64,000 bases of DNA from Paraspadella gotoi (GCA_051294375.1 CM119267.1:24048111-24112110); one strand, 5' to 3'. Counted from the stretch's first letter, positions 23,801 to 55,821 are shown. The notes: generated by a model from the letters alone, not told the origin. Made by a program: numbers and translations.

Positions 23801-26002
23801 TGGGGGGGGGGCGTTTAAAAAAAAAATCAACTCGTTTTTCTTTTGTTTTAATCTAAAAAATAAATCCTGAATTNNNNNNNNNNNNNNNNNNNNNNNNNTG
23901 TATTTGTTAAATTGTCGAATTTAGTGTAGAATAATAAATTAAACCATAGAAAGGCCGCCCAAACCGACGCGGTAAAAGAGCTCGGGGAATGAAAAAAGTC
24001 GGCCAAAAGACATGTCACCTTGAGAAGAATATTTATGAATTTAAAACAAAAATATTTTTATCAGATCAAACCTATTTTAACCTCATTAACTGTGCTGGTA
24101 ACTTATTTTCGATAATAATTTTTAAAAAGCAATAAAAATGGAATAATTGGCAGCAAGACTTAAAGCTGCCTCACTTGCTGTTCCCGTCCTCAGCCTTGTC
24201 TCGATGGCTGAAGCAGGCTAAAATCAATCTCGTTACCAATCCGTGCGTCTCCGTGCGTTCAATTCCTGGGCATCCCTGTTCTGCCTTAAATGCCGAGGGA
24301 GCCGGTGCTACAACCATGCCACAGTGACAGGTGACGGTCACACTAAGGAGTCACCTAAAGTGACGGTCCGTCACTAAGGGGTCCGCACTCCCGCCAGCCC
24401 TTACTGCCAGTTGCGGTGGAGATTCCCCGCGTCCCACGTATCTCAGGCATTCCTTCCCGTGCCATATATATAATATTATAGTTCTTATCATAACAAGGCG
24501 GTACAATATCGGACTCAGCATCATTATTATTTTAGATACCGTATAATATTTATATTATATTTGACTTATTAATAGTTATACGTTAATATGATCTATCTGT
24601 CTATTTAAATTAATCGTGTACAGATTTACTTATCTTTAAAAGATACACTCTACAGTTAACACGAACGTTTAAGATGTACTTAATAATTTTACCTTAATCG
24701 GTCCGCACTACACTCTTCCAATTGTCTACAGAGTTCGTAACTTTCTCTCGCAAGAACAAGGATTTACTTTTTCCTCTTAAGGAAAAGGGTATTTCCAAAC
24801 TCTCAATCTTGCTAAATAAGGGTCCATGAAAGTCGCGGACATGATTCACACAATTCAGACAGCTGGCTCCTGCCAATTCCGAAAGATGTTATTTCACTTT
24901 TAATACATTTGGATGCATATCTACGCCATTTTCTATCGGTATTTAATTTATAATAATAGAATTATAAAAAACCTATCTGAAGGTTGCAGGGTCAACCGAC
25001 AAGGCCAATCCAATCTGATATTTTTTATTTATATTTTATTAGTGAATTCGACAGTAAAATGTAATAGAAGGACATTTTTTTACAATTAACTGTGTATCAT
25101 GAAAATGAAAATTTTTAAAACTTTTTTAACTCCTGATGTATTCTTTCATAACTGGAACGCAATTTAATCACAAAATGTCTCTCTATTACAATTTTACAAA
25201 TGTTTTTGTAAGATAGTAACATAATTTTACAGAATTTCTAATGTGTGGTAATCGATACTATAGCAGTCGTTTAGGCTGCAAGCTTCTTTCAAATTCTGAA
25301 GTATAATTCATCTTTATAGCTTCAAATTTCACTTTACCATCTATTTAAGCTGAAAGATCTCCTTTCATTTGACTTGAAAATCCACACTACAGGGAGAGTA
25401 GCAGAGACTAATTGTTTTAAATTCTCCCCCTCAAATTTGCCTTTTACCGTTGATTTAACTTGCTTACCTTAGAAATTGTTAACAATCAATTGACAAGAAA
25501 CAAATTATAAAAATTGTGCTTACTCCATTTAACTTAACCAAGTTTTGTATTTACCGTTTAACTAAAACAAAATGATTGAGATAACAGAATGGTATGTAAA
25601 CCATAAATAATAAACTTTAATTTTTTGTGATTACTGATGACCTATAAAGTGCTATCTGTCTCGCATTATGTGTTATTAGCTTTAATACAATTCAAAGATT
25701 AACGGATTGTTTATGCTGAGATATCCCTTTCCTCTGTGAATACATGTAAGCATATTAACTTCAGCTATGTCCTATATGTCATTATCAATCTCACTGTTGA
25801 CATGTGCTCATACATATATCACTCTCAATCATCTTACCGATCTTCTCATTCGAACTTCCCCTTGGTCGATTAGATCGCAATCTCCACTTACTATTCATAT
25901 ATCATATTTCACTCACTATTCCTCAGCCACCAATCTCTCGTAGGATTTCCCTTTGTGACTAATCGCAATCACATCTATCATTTTACGAATCACAATTCTC
26001 AC

Positions 26003-26965
26003 CGATTCTAATCGCTGACTCCCCTTTGTGATAAAGCCAACCACCGAAAGGTCGTTTCAGTTGAAGTCTAAAACCGATTGCGAACGCTAGGAACACCATC
26101 CAAACGTCCAATCGCAACGATGTAGGCCACCTTGAGATATAGCAACAAACCTATATTATTAAATACTAATTATTAATTTTTTTAAAAATAAAAATAAGAC
26201 ACAGAGCGTTTAGCAAAGCCAGTCCACCGATACACGGTGACTCAGAAAACCCTTTTTCACAAAATTGTTGTCTCGATTCATTACTTCACGCTTTCGTCTC
26301 ACTTAATCATCATTCAGTCGTTTGTTCAGTTCATCGTTTGGTCATTACATCAATTCATTCATTAATTCATTTCATTCATTCAATCATTTATTCCATTCAT
26401 TCATTCCATTCATTTCACTCCATTTTTTCATTCCATTCATTATTCATTCCATTCATTTCATTCCATTCATTCAATTTCCATTCATTCAATTCCATTCATT
26501 GCATTCCACAATTCATCCTTACCTATTGGCAGCGGAATTCTGACTGCTCTACAACCCGAATAACCATTCGCCACGAAGCACAAAGCTGTTGAGGGCGAAT
26601 TGTACGGCGGCGACGGGAAAATCCAGAGGCCGACGAACCAAGTTAAGAACGACGATCATGAGGAAGGGATGTAGTTGTAGAAATGAAAGAAGCGATTGAC
26701 GGCCGAAGGTCATCTGGCTTCGAGACACGTGAAGGCGCCTTGCGAAAGAGGGGTCTGGTGGGGGGGAAATGGGCAGGGATGGGTGGTTGAGAGAGGGAGG
26801 GAGATCCTTAGTATTATTAATTATTATACTTTGTATAAGGAAAGAAAATAAAAGGAATTTCTCAGAAATTTCTAAAAGGTCGGTCGCAAAACTTATTTAG
26901 TAATGATTTTGCCATTGTTTATTTTCAAAAATTAAGTTTCTTCTCTCTCTCATCCTCTTTCTCTT

Positions 26966-27017
<52 letters not shown>

Positions 27018-29571
27018 TTCTCTTCTCTCTCTCTCTCAATGATAATGCACATTTCAAAATTATCCATTCTACTCCAATTCAACCTCACTCCCAAGAAATA
27101 CAGAAAAAAAAAGAGACAACCAATCAAAGATTTATTAATTTAATATGATAATTTATTTTATTATTTTTGATTAAATGAATGGAAATTTTTTATTGTTTTC
27201 ACCATTTTATACTACAAGAGACAAGACTTACCCCGTGCTGTAGACCTTAGTGCATTCTGCGTTTCCACTTCTTGTCGTTCTTTCCGATCAAGACGTACAT
27301 CGGATCGTCAGTCTCCTAGACAATTCAACCGGATTTGTGGCGAAACGAAAAGACAAACGTTTTCTGGTTTACCCGTAAAGATGTCCACTTGAAGCCGCAT
27401 TGCTGGACCAAGCCGAAATGGGGGGGTTGTAATTTGGTGAAATCGTGGGTAATATGATGGTAATAATATAGTTATTTCATTGAGCTAATGATGCAATAAT
27501 CAGGGGTAATATTTTAGTATAATCTAGTAATCCATCATCCGTTAATAATTTTTATAATCTGGTAATCATCTTTTGTAATCATGGTATAATTATCATGATA
27601 ATAAACAATTTGGTAATATCATCAACCATGTACTAAAACCATGTATCACCAGACGGACGACGGATATTCGCATTGAGAGATGGATACAATAATACAAAAT
27701 ACAAACGCGACTGGAGATTAATTAATAACGAAGACAAACCAATTTTTAGGCATGATTAAATAGCAACAACAATCAACTGGGAGTAACCAGACAGAAACAA
27801 AGAGAACAGAGAGGCAGACACGACCAGACAGACAGAACAGACCGACTTACGCGGTTTTCCGATTTACCTCGAATCAAAGGAAATCTGGCCAATGACTCGC
27901 GCAGTGGAAAGAGTGAGAAAGTAGAATCTTTGGCTGAGAAGAACTCACCGTTCGAGGCGATTGCGGATGTTCTGTTGGGCTAAGAAAGGGATTCGGATTG
28001 GCGGAGATCAGAATTTGGTTGGCTGAGATCAGAAATAAGATGTGGGTTGAGATCAGAAGATTGGGTGATATTAAAAAAAGTCCCCTCGCCCCTACTAATC
28101 TAATCTCTAAACCTTGATCCTTATCTTAATCCATTAAGCTAATCCTTAATTCTAAAAAATAACTTAATAATCCAATATAGTATGAGAATTAGAAATAAGT
28201 TCCCGAGAGGAGGGCTGAAGTAAAAATCTGAAAAACTACCTATGAAACTAAGGGATTCTTCTCAGTTCTAACCTTCACCTGGGTGATGTGTGTGAAGTTC
28301 TCCCCGCTTCTCGTTATGAAGAAACAATCGGTGATACCAATCTTGTCGACGAATTTGGCCGGAAACGACGACAGATCCCGTGAAGTTGGCATTGAGTCTC
28401 GCGCCACCCAACGCGTCTGTGGAGGGTGATGGGTTGTGGGGATGATGTGATAATTCTCAACCAATTTATTGTAAATTATCAATTAAATTTTTATAGATTA
28501 TTAAAGTCATACTTTATAAAGATTTCAATGGAGAGATCAGAGATATGGAAAATCTTAATCAAAATAAAATGCTAAAAGTAAATGCCCTTACAAAACTTTT
28601 ATCTAAATTAATCTTTATTCAAAAGTACAAATAAATAAGTTAATGTAAGAGTGAATAAACAAGACTGTGAGAGAGTCTGATGAAGCTTCAGCCTGCTATG
28701 TTATATCTGTAAGAGTGGATGGAGGCTAACCCAACGCTGTCCAAAGTGCAAGATAAGCTGTTTATTAAATGAATAGATAATTTTTAAATTGTTGTACCAA
28801 CTTCATATAATAAATGATATATAAAAACATTATTTCGCGGATTCATTGAATCTTTTTAGGCGGCTCAAAAGTCTAGATAGAAATAAACTGCTATTTATTA
28901 ACCACCAGGCTGTCCAAAGTCAGGGTTAAGATAGCTTGCTATTAAAGAATGGATAATTTGTTTTACCAATCCTAAGTTATAAAAAAAATAACTCAAAATA
29001 ATATATCGATTGTGAATCCATTATTTGATTCTGAAATGGAAGTAATGAGGCGACGAAAGCGTTAATACGATTTTAACTGGCTCGATCCATCGTCGGGTCG
29101 AAACGCGTGCGTCGTAGGTGGGTCTAAAATTGTTAAAAGTATGATTACAATTTAATTCTATCATTGTAATTGGTTTTCGAATCTTGCCTTCAGCGGAGCG
29201 TGATGGTTTCGAGGATAACTTTGTTTCTAAATACAGTTTAACTATTCTTTCTTTTCTTTTTTCTTTTCTTTATTTCTTTTCTTTTCTTTTTCTTTTCTTT
29301 TTTCTCTTTCATTCTCTATTTGTCTTTTTTTTCTTTTCTTTCTTATTTTCTTTTTCCGTTCTTTTCTTTCTTTTTCTTTTTTTTCTTTTCATTTTCTTTT
29401 TTTCTTTTCTTTTCTTTCTCCTTCTTTTCTTTTCTTTTCTTTCTTTCTTTCTTTACTTTATTTTATTTTTTTTCTCACCCTAGCAACGCGGTCATAATCT
29501 TCGTTTTCTCGAGATCTAGAAGCATCACAGCAGTTGAAGGAGTAAACAAAGAAACAATACAAAGGCGCCAT
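26003..29571 (-). pseudogene. Frameshifted second copy of the Cys-loop channel gene (probably an error-rich assembly duplicate)
   Basis: Contains the same seven exons as 31326-35039, each with several indels. Confidence 0.6.
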
Positions 29572-31325
29572 CGTGAGAAAAAATTATCCTTGAAAAGAAA
29601 TTATTACACAAATTCAAGAAACAAATAAAACAATTGAAGAAATGTTTGAACAAATGTCTTTCTTTTTACCTAATTTATAATTAAAAACTATTTCAGACTT
29701 GTATGATTCGGTATGATGAATTTTTAATTTTTGGTAAAGCCAACTGTGAATAGAAAACAATTTGAATTTGAAACTGTGAATAGAAATGTTGGAATCTGGG
29801 TCTGGACTATTTATTAAATTCTGATCAGTGATACACTTTCTCTCACTTAAACAAACGTTACGAGACAGAGAATTAAAGATTCAAGATGAATATGATATTG
29901 GACAATTGAATATTTATTTTTATTTTTTAGATTCAGAGCAAACAGTTTTTTTTTTTTTTTTTTTAATTTTTAGGTCATGCGTTTTTATAAAAAAAATGAT
30001 TATTGAACCGAAAGTCGCGATTTTTCAGCGGTTTTGAAAAAATGATAATAAAATAAAAACCAACGTCCCGGAATTTCGATCCGACTCGGCCCGGTTTTTC
30101 TATCCTTCTCCTGGTAGTTGTCCAATTGCAACAAGTTCGTTTTCTCCGCGAACCAGATTCCACTTTTTCCTCCTTAAGAAAAAGGGTGTCATTCAACTCA
30201 ACTTCAAATAGGGCACCAAAATGGAGTACAAATAGTTCAGAAAGTCTGAGCTCCTGCCGCAATTCCGAAAATGTTATTTCACTTTTTAAACATTTGATTA
30301 TCTACGCCATTTTTATCGGTATTTAATTATATATAAAATAAAACGTAAACCTATCTGAAGTTTGCAGGGGTCAAGGAAAAGTCCAATTCCTCTGATATTT
30401 TTATTTTATATTTTATAGTGAATTCGAGAAAAATGTAATAGAGGAACATTTTTTAAATGTTAACTTGTATCATTGAAAATGAGAATTTTTAAAAACTTTA
30501 ACCTCTGAATTCTTTTTCATAACCTGGAACGCAATTTATACACAAAATGGTTCTCTCATTACCATTTTACAATATGTTTTTTAAGATAGCTATCAAATTT
30601 TTATTAAATCAATATATAGCAGTCGTTTACGGCTGCAACTCTTTCCAAATTCAGTTATTAGATTTCATTTATTAGCTCAAATTTCCGTTTACCTCTATTT
30701 TAACTGAAAGATTTGTTTCATGGACTTTGGAAAGACCAACCAGAAGTAACAAAGACGTAATTGTTTAATTCTCCCCCTTCCTAAATTTGCCTTTACCGTT
30801 GAGTTTTTAACTTGCTTTACTAAGAATTTTTTTAAAACAATTCAGAAAAAACAAATTTTTTAAAAAAATGTGCTTACCCATTTAACTTAACTATTTTGGT
30901 TATTTACCGTTTAAAAAAAATGATTTAGATAACAGCAATGGTATGTAAACATAAATAAAAACTTTTAATTTTTTGTGATTACTGACATGACTATAAATGT
31001 AATTTCTCGGATTTTATTAGCTTTAATACAATTCAAAGATACGCATTGTTTATGCTGATGATGACCTTTCCTCTTAAAATGTAAGCATTAAACTTGGTTT
31101 AGTCCTATATCATTATCAATTCACGTCATCTCACTTGTTGGACATCTCACTATCATATTTCACTCACAATTATCACCAATCTCTCGTTGACTTCTCCCTT
31201 GTGATAATCGCATCTCACTATCATAAATCACTATCATATTTCACTCACAATTCTCACCAATCTCTCGTAGATTTCCCCCTTGTGATAATCGCATCTCACT
31301 ATCATATTACGCTCACAATTCTCAC

Positions 31326-32296
31326 CGATCTATCGTTGACTTCCCCCTTGTGATAAAGCCAACACACGAAGGTCGTTTCCAGTGAAGTCAAAACGATGAA
31401 GACAAGAGACATGATCATCCAAACGTCCAACGCAACGATGTAGGCCACCTTGAGATATAGCAACAAAACTAATTATTATTAAATACTAATTATTAATTTT
31501 TAAAAAAAATAAAAAATAAGACACAGTAGGTTTAGCAAGCAGTCACCGATACACGGTGATCAGAAAACCCTTTTTCACAAAATTTGTTGTCTCGATTCAT
31601 TACTTCACGCTTTCGTCTACTTAATCATTCATTCAGTTCGTTCGTTCAATTCATCGTTTAGTCATTACATCAATTCATTCATTAATTCATTCATTCATTC
31701 AATCATTTATTCCATTCATTTCATTCCATTCATTTCATTCTATTCATTTCATTCTATTCATTTCATTCTATTCATTCCATTCATTTCATTCCTTTCATTT
31801 CATTCAATCATTCATTCCATTCATTTCATTCCATTCATTTCATTCTATTCATTTCATTCCATTCATTTCATTCCATTCATTGCATTCACATTCAATCCTT
31901 ACCTTTGGCGCGGATCTCTTTGCTGCGTCTATCAACCCGATCATCGCCACGAAGCACAAAGCGTTGAGGGCGAATCTGGTGACGGGCGGCGACGGAGAAA
32001 TCCAGAGGCCGAACCAAGTTAAGACGACGATCATGAAGGAAGGGATGTAGTTGTAGAAGATGAAGAAGCCGATCTGACGGCCGAAGGTCATCTTGGCTTC
32101 CAGACACGTGAAGGCGCCTTGGAAAGAGGGGGGGTGGGGGGAAATTGGGCAGGGGTGGTTGAGAGAGGGAGCGGAGATCCTTAGTATTATTATATTATTA
32201 TATTTTGTATAAGAAAGAAAATAAAGGAATTCTTCAGAAATTTCAAACGTCGGTCGAAAAACTTTATTTTGGCATTGTTTATTTTTCAAAAAATAA

Positions 32297-32341
<45 letters not shown>

Positions 32342-35039
32342 ATGAAATGCACATTGCAAAATTATCCAATTCTACTCCAATTCAACCTCCACTCCAAGAA
32401 ATACAGAAAAAAAAAGACAACCAATCAAAGATTTATTAATTAATTTATAATTTATTCATTATTTATTAAATGAATGGATAATTTTATATTGTTTTTACCA
32501 ATTTTAACTAAAACATAGACGCGACCACAAGAGACAGACTTACCCGTGCTGTAGACCTTAGTGCATTCTTGCGTTTCCACTTTCTTGTCGTCTTTCTCGA
32601 TCAAGACGTACATCGGAATCTCAGTCTCCTCAGACAATTCAACCGGATTTTTGTCGGCGAAACGAAAGACAACGTTTTCTGTGTTGTACCCGTAAGATTC
32701 CACTTTGAAGCCGCATTGCTGGGACAAGCCGAATGGGGGGGGGGTTGTAATTTGGTGATAATCGTGGTAATAATGATGGTATTAATCATAGTTATAATCA
32801 TGTGCTAATGATGGCAATAATCAGGGTAATAATTTTATTAATCTTTAGTAATCCATCATCGTAATAATTTTAATAATCCTGGTAATCATGGTAATTAACT
32901 TGATAATAATCATGGTAATGATTTGGTAATAATATGGTAATCTTTGTAATCATGGTAATTATCATGACAATAACAATTTGGTAATAATCATCAAACATGG
33001 TACTGAAAAACATGTATCACCAGACGGACGGACGGATATTCGCATTGAGAGATGGATACAATAATACAAAAATATAACAACGGACGTGGAGATTAATTAA
33101 TAACGAGACAAACCAATTTTTAGGCATGATTAAATAGCAACACAATCTAACTGGGAGTCAACCAGACAGAGAAACAAAAGAGAAAACAGAGACGGGCAGA
33201 CAGACAGACAGACCGACTGACGAGGTTTCCGATTTACCTGCGAATCGAAAGGAAATCTGGCCAATGACATCGCGCAGGAAAGAGTGAGAGTGAATCTTTG
33301 GCTGAGAAGAACTTCACCGTTCGAGGCGATGCGGATGTATCTGTTGGGCTAAGAAAGGGATCGGATTGGGCTGAGATCAGAATTGGGTTGGGCTGAGATC
33401 AGAATTGTGTTGGGTTGAGATCAGAATTGGGGTGATATTAAAAAAGTCCCTCGCCTACTAATCTAATCCTGAACCTTGATCCTTATCTTAATCCATAAGC
33501 TAATCCTTAATTCTAAAAAAATAACTTAATAATTCCAAATATAGTATGAGATTAAAAAATAAAGTTCCGAGGGGGGCTGAAGTAAAAATCTGAAAAAAAA
33601 ACCTTACCTATGAAACTAAGGGATTCTTACTCAGTCTAACTCACCTGGGTGATGGTGTGTAGTTCTCCCCGCTTCTCGTTACTGAAGAACAAATCGGGAT
33701 ACCAAATCTTGTCGACGAATTTGGGCGGAACGACGACAGATCCCGTGAAGTTGTGCTTGAGTCTCGCGTCCACCCAACGCTGTCTGTTGGAGGGTGATGG
33801 AGTTGATGGGGATGATGATAATAATACTACAACAATTTTATTGTAAATTAATCAATATTTTTATAGATTGATTACAAGTCATGACATTGTATAAGATTTC
33901 AAGGGAGTGAGTCAGAGATATTTGGTAAAATCTTAATCAAAATAAAATGCTAAAAGTTAAATGCCTTTACATAAAACTATTTATCTAAATTAATCTTTTA
34001 TTCAAAAGTAGCAATATAAATAAGTTAATGGGAGTGAATAAACAAGACTGTGAGAGAGTCTTGATTGAAAGCTTGGAGGGACCTGCTAAGTTATTATCTT
34101 GTAAGAGTGATGGAGGCCTTAAACCACCAACGCCTGTCCAAAGTCGGGGGCAAGATAGCTTGTTTATTAAATGAATAGATAATTTTTAAATTGGTTGTAC
34201 CAACTTCATATAATAAATGATATATAAAAACATTATTTCGTCGATCATTGTAATCCTTTTTAGAATCGGCTAAAAGATAGAATAGAAATAAACTGCTATG
34301 TTATTAAACCACCAAGGCCTGTCCAAAGTCAGGGGTAAGATAGCTTTGCTATTAAAGGAATGGATAATTTGTTTGTACCAATTTCCTAAAGTTATAAAAA
34401 TTAACCTCAAATAAATATCGATTGTGAAATCCATATTTGATTCTGAAATGGAAGTTAATGAGGCGACGAAAGCGTTAATGACGATTTTAACTGGACTCGA
34501 TCCATCGTCGGGTCGAACGCGTGCGTCGTAGGTTTTGGGGTCTAAAAATTGTTAAAAGTATATTACAATTTAATTCTATCATTGTAATTGTTTTCTTGAA
34601 TTTTGCCTTCAGTCGGCGTGATGGTTTCGAGATAACTTTTTGTTTCTAAATTACAGTTAAAACTATTCTTTCTTTTTCTTTTTTTTCTTTTCTTTTTTAT
34701 TTTTCTTTTCTTTTCTTTTTTCTTTTCTTTTTTTTCTCTTTTCATTTTCTCTTTTTATTTGTCTTTTTTTTTTCTTTTCTTTTTTCTTTTATTTTCTTTT
34801 TTTCCGTTTCTTTTCTTTTCTTTTTTTCTTTTCTTTTCTTTTTTTCATTTTTTTCTTTTTTTTTCTTTTCTTTTCTTTTCTTTTCTTTTCTTTTCTTTTC
34901 TTTTCTTTTCTTTTCTTTTCTTTACTTTTATTTTTTTTCTCTCACCTAGCAACGCGTTCATAATCTTCGTTTTCTCCGAGATAGAAGCATCACAAGTCAG
35001 TGAAAGGAGTAAAACAAAGAAACAATACAAAGGCGCCAT
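31326..35039 (-). CDS. Cys-loop ligand-gated ion channel subunit, glycine receptor/GluCl-like (signal peptide to M3; M4 exon not located)
   Basis: In-phase exons: 35039-34946 (MAPLYCFFVLLLSLTCDA), 34541-34406 (YDARVRP..SISESNMDFTIDIYLR), 33783-33645 (QRWVDARL..IWYPDLFFSNEK), 33348-33238 (PNRYIRIASNG..LSCAMSLARFPFDSQ), 32718-32544 (QCGFKVESYGY..ECTKVYSTG), 32117-31903 (AFTCL..YIPSFMIVVLTWFGLWI..M2) and 31448-31326 (VAYIVALDVWM..LETTFV). Confidence 0.92.
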
Positions 35040-35630
35040 CGTGAAAAAAATTAATCCTGAAAACGAAATATTACACAAATTCAAGAAACAAATAAAACAA
35101 TTGAAGAAATGTTGAACAAAATGTCTTTCTTTTTACCTAATTTATAATTTAAAAACGTTAGTTCAGTTGTATGATTCGGATGATGAATTTTTATTTTTGT
35201 AAGCCAACTGTGAATAGAAAACAAAATTTCTGAATTTGAAACTGTGATTAGGAAATGTTGAATCTTGAGGTCAATGACTATTTATTAAAATTCTGACTCG
35301 TGACTACACTTTCTCTCACTTAAACAAACATTTACGAGAACAGAGATTAAAGATTCACAGATGAATATTGAATTGACAATTGAATATTGTATTTTTATTT
35401 TTTTAAGATTCAGAGCAAAACAGTTTTTTTTTTTTTTTTTTTTTTTTAATTTTTAGTCATTTTCGCGTTTTATGAAAAAATGATTCATTGAACCAAAAAG
35501 TCGCGTTTTTCAGCGGGTTTTGAAAAAATGAATAATAAAAGAAAAAACCCAACGTTCCCGGAATTTCGATCCGACTCTGGCGGTTGTTTTCTCTCATCTC
35601 TCTGGTAGTTGGTGTCGAACGAACAGAGAG

Positions 35631-35666
<36 letters not shown>

Positions 35667-36474
35667 GAGAGAAAGAGAGAGAGATAACGCAGATAATAGT
35701 AGAAAGAAATAATGACATAAATTTGGTGAAGATAATGGACGATTGGCCAATGACCAAAAAAAAAAGAAAGAAAGAAAGAAAAAGAAAGAAATTCCTTTTT
35801 TCGATCAGATCGACGAAGTAACTCAATTTGGGTGCAAAGGAAATGTGATTAATGTCGCTCGTTGTCGTCGTCGTCGTCGTCGTCGTCTTCGTCGTCGTCG
35901 TTAATGTCACAATTTGTCTTCAAATTGTCCATTGTAGTTTTTGGAAGGGAACAGTTTTTTAGATTCTAAAAGGCCGAAACAAGGAAAGTCACAAAATAAG
36001 TAAATGTTTAATGTTTATCTTTTTGAATTTGAGATAATTTTTTTTTAGAGAAGAAAAAAAAATATTATGAGTGTCTAAAAATAGAAAAACGTAAGATATA
36101 AATTCATCTTGTGGTTTTATTCAACTAACAAAACGAATAAAATTGCAAAACTGAAACATGAAAATGTTTAAATCCATACTTGTGTGTGTGTGTTTCTCTT
36201 TCTCTCAAAATGTCGAATCTGTCACGAGAGAAAGAAAAAAATTGGTAATGTCTTTTATAACAAATTCAAGTGAAAATTTAATTTTTAGTTAATTTTTCTA
36301 TAAATAAATAAAGAAAAAAAAATCTATCAATCAATACAATCAATCAATACAATCAATAAAACATTAATCAATCCCTCAATCCCTCATCCCCTCAATTAAT
36401 CAATCAATAAATCAAACCAAACAATGAATCAATCAATCCCTCAATCCTTCAATCCAATCAATCAATCCAATCAA

Positions 36475-53322
<16,848 letters not shown>

Positions 53323-53687
53323 GATTAGCAGTCGTTGTTGCTCGTCGTAGATAAACGGTCGTCGTTTTGAATTTCACTTCACATCACAATTTTATCCCAG
53401 TTTATCGTAGGATTTGATCAAGAAAGTTGAAGATGACATTTTTTTATTTTCCCTCGTGTAATGTTCAGGTTCGGGATTTACTTATCGATTTAGAAAGAGT
53501 TTAAGGTCGAGACGGAGAAGAATCAACGCAAAGAGAAGGAGAAGAGAAAAGCGGAGAGAAACGATCCTTCATAATCGAGTGACTTGGATTCATTTTACAT
53601 TTTTAAAATTGAAAGAAAACTGTAGACGAAAGTTTTAAAGAAAGAGAGTTAAGAAGGACGGAATTAAAATTAAAGAGACTCATAATC

Positions 53688-53718
<31 letters not shown>

Positions 53719-53961
53719 GAGAGAGACAGACAGAGAGATAAAAGCAAGCTCATGATTTATTACATTTATCCCACAATTTCTCGACCTTATCACACTTGCC
53801 CATATAAAAAATGATACAATCTTTTTTTTTTCCAATATTTATTTTCAAAATACACAAAACCATTTCCGAACTAACCAATCAAATACAATAAACCAATATT
53901 TTTCATGCAAAATTAAAAAAAAAAAAAAACATTCCGATCGGCGAATAGTTTAATCCTTTCC

Positions 53962-54111
53962 TTACTCGTATAATTTTTTGCCCTCGATCGGCTTTTTCAA
54001 TTTATTTAAGTTTTTCGTTAGTTTTTTAGCGAAATTATTTCTTATCATTTCCGAAGTTAAAGACTCGAGTGATTCCGTTTCGTCGTCGTCGTCGTCGCTG
54101 ACGTCTTCACT

Positions 54112-54143
<32 letters not shown>

Positions 54144-54280
54144 AACTCTCGTCTTCGCTGAACAACGATTCCGGAATCCAAGGGACAAACCCTTTCCAAG
54201 ATTCGATCCTTTTGTATCTGTTGTTGTTGTTGCTTCGATTTCTGTGGAAGTGATAACCGTTTATTACTGTACTTGCGATC

Positions 54281-54342
<62 letters not shown>

Positions 54343-55654
54343 CTCTTTCTCTTCTCTCTCTCTCTCTTCTCTCCCTCCCTCTCTCCTCCCCCTTCTCCTC
54401 TCCCTCTTCCTCCCTTCCCTCCATCTCTCCCTCCCCCTCCCTCCCCCCAAAAAAACACCTGTTTCTATTCTGATTCGCCATCTTCGTCTTTCTCCTATTC
54501 CTCCCCCCTTCCCCCTCCTCTTCTTTCTCTCCCTCCCCCTCTCCTTCCCCTCCCTCTTCCTCCCTTCCCTCCATCTTCCCTCCTCCTCCCTCCCCCCAAA
54601 AAATCACCTGTTTCTATTCTGATTCGCCGTCTTCGTCTTTCTCCTTTTCCTCTTACTCTCGTAAATCTTTAATCCATCTCCTTTATCCTCCGATTCTCCT
54701 TCTTCCCCCTCCTCCTCCTCCTCCTCCTTCGCCGCCGCTCTCCTCCTCTTCATGACTGCGATGAAGATGAAGACGCCGGCGACAACGGCGACGCCGAGAA
54801 CGAGTCCCGCCACCCAAGCGGCGATGGCGCCCTGCATCGGGTCCGCTTTGGAGGAACTGCCGGCTGTGACGCCGGAAAGCTGAGGTTTGAACGAGACGTA
54901 ATTTAAGAAATGATCATTAGATATATTCAATAATAATAGAACCTAATATATTATTTAATAAAATTTTTTTTGGGGGGTTCAGAGAATAATTTATTTTAAT
55001 AAAATTAATAATAATATTAGTTATATAATATTAAGCGAGTACGGTGTATACAAATTCGTTGCGATTCATAAACAGAGAAGCCAGGTACTCTGAAAGTTAA
55101 TTAACTAGTTGGAGAGTCTGGATTGATTGTTATGTTATTATCTTGCAAGGGAAAATGTAGAAAATGAAAAAATGAAAATGAGGAAATGTAGAAAATGTTT
55201 ATTTATTATGCTTGGAGGGTCGCGCGTTGGAAGCGTCGGCCCGAGGTTGAACTGGCTGATGGATTGCACCAATTTTCATTAAGCATTTTTTAAAGAAATA
55301 ATTTTCAAGGTTTATCACTCACTTGAGGACTGACAGGATTTCCGGGTTCGTTTGGTACCGTCTGAAAAATGTGACAAAATATATTATTGAAAATTGCAGA
55401 ATTAGTTGTTTCACTATTTTTGACATTTTAAGTTTTGATATTTTATTTTTAATTTTTCTATGTTTTATTCATTTATTATTATTATTGTTATTATTATTAT
55501 TCATTTCATTTTAAAATACATCTTTTATTTCAGATTTTATATTATATTTTCTATATTTTTCAATATTTCAATATTTTATATTTGAAATATTTAAATTTTA
55601 CATATTTTATATTTTAAATATTTTTTATTATATTTTCTAATTTTCTAATTTTTT

Positions 55655-55709
<55 letters not shown>

Positions 55710-55739
55710 CCACGAGTATCTTGAGGTCCGCCCTGCATG

Positions 55740-55821
<82 letters not shown>

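Larger units (their letters stand above)
24720..35610. repeat. Tandem ~5.4-kb duplication (about 24720-30120 and 30120-35610) spanning the ion-channel gene
   Basis: All channel exons and introns recur in the same order, with the junction near 30120. Differences are dominated by short indels. Confidence 0.85.

Noticed and set aside
26003-29571. A true second ion-channel paralog
   Set aside because: Introns are as similar as exons and the differences are indel-type; likely an assembly duplicate.
33608-33644. Apparent 8-nt microexon or AG/GT recursive splice site in the channel gene
   Set aside because: The acceptor at 33348 yields the canonical PNRYIRI in frame without it.
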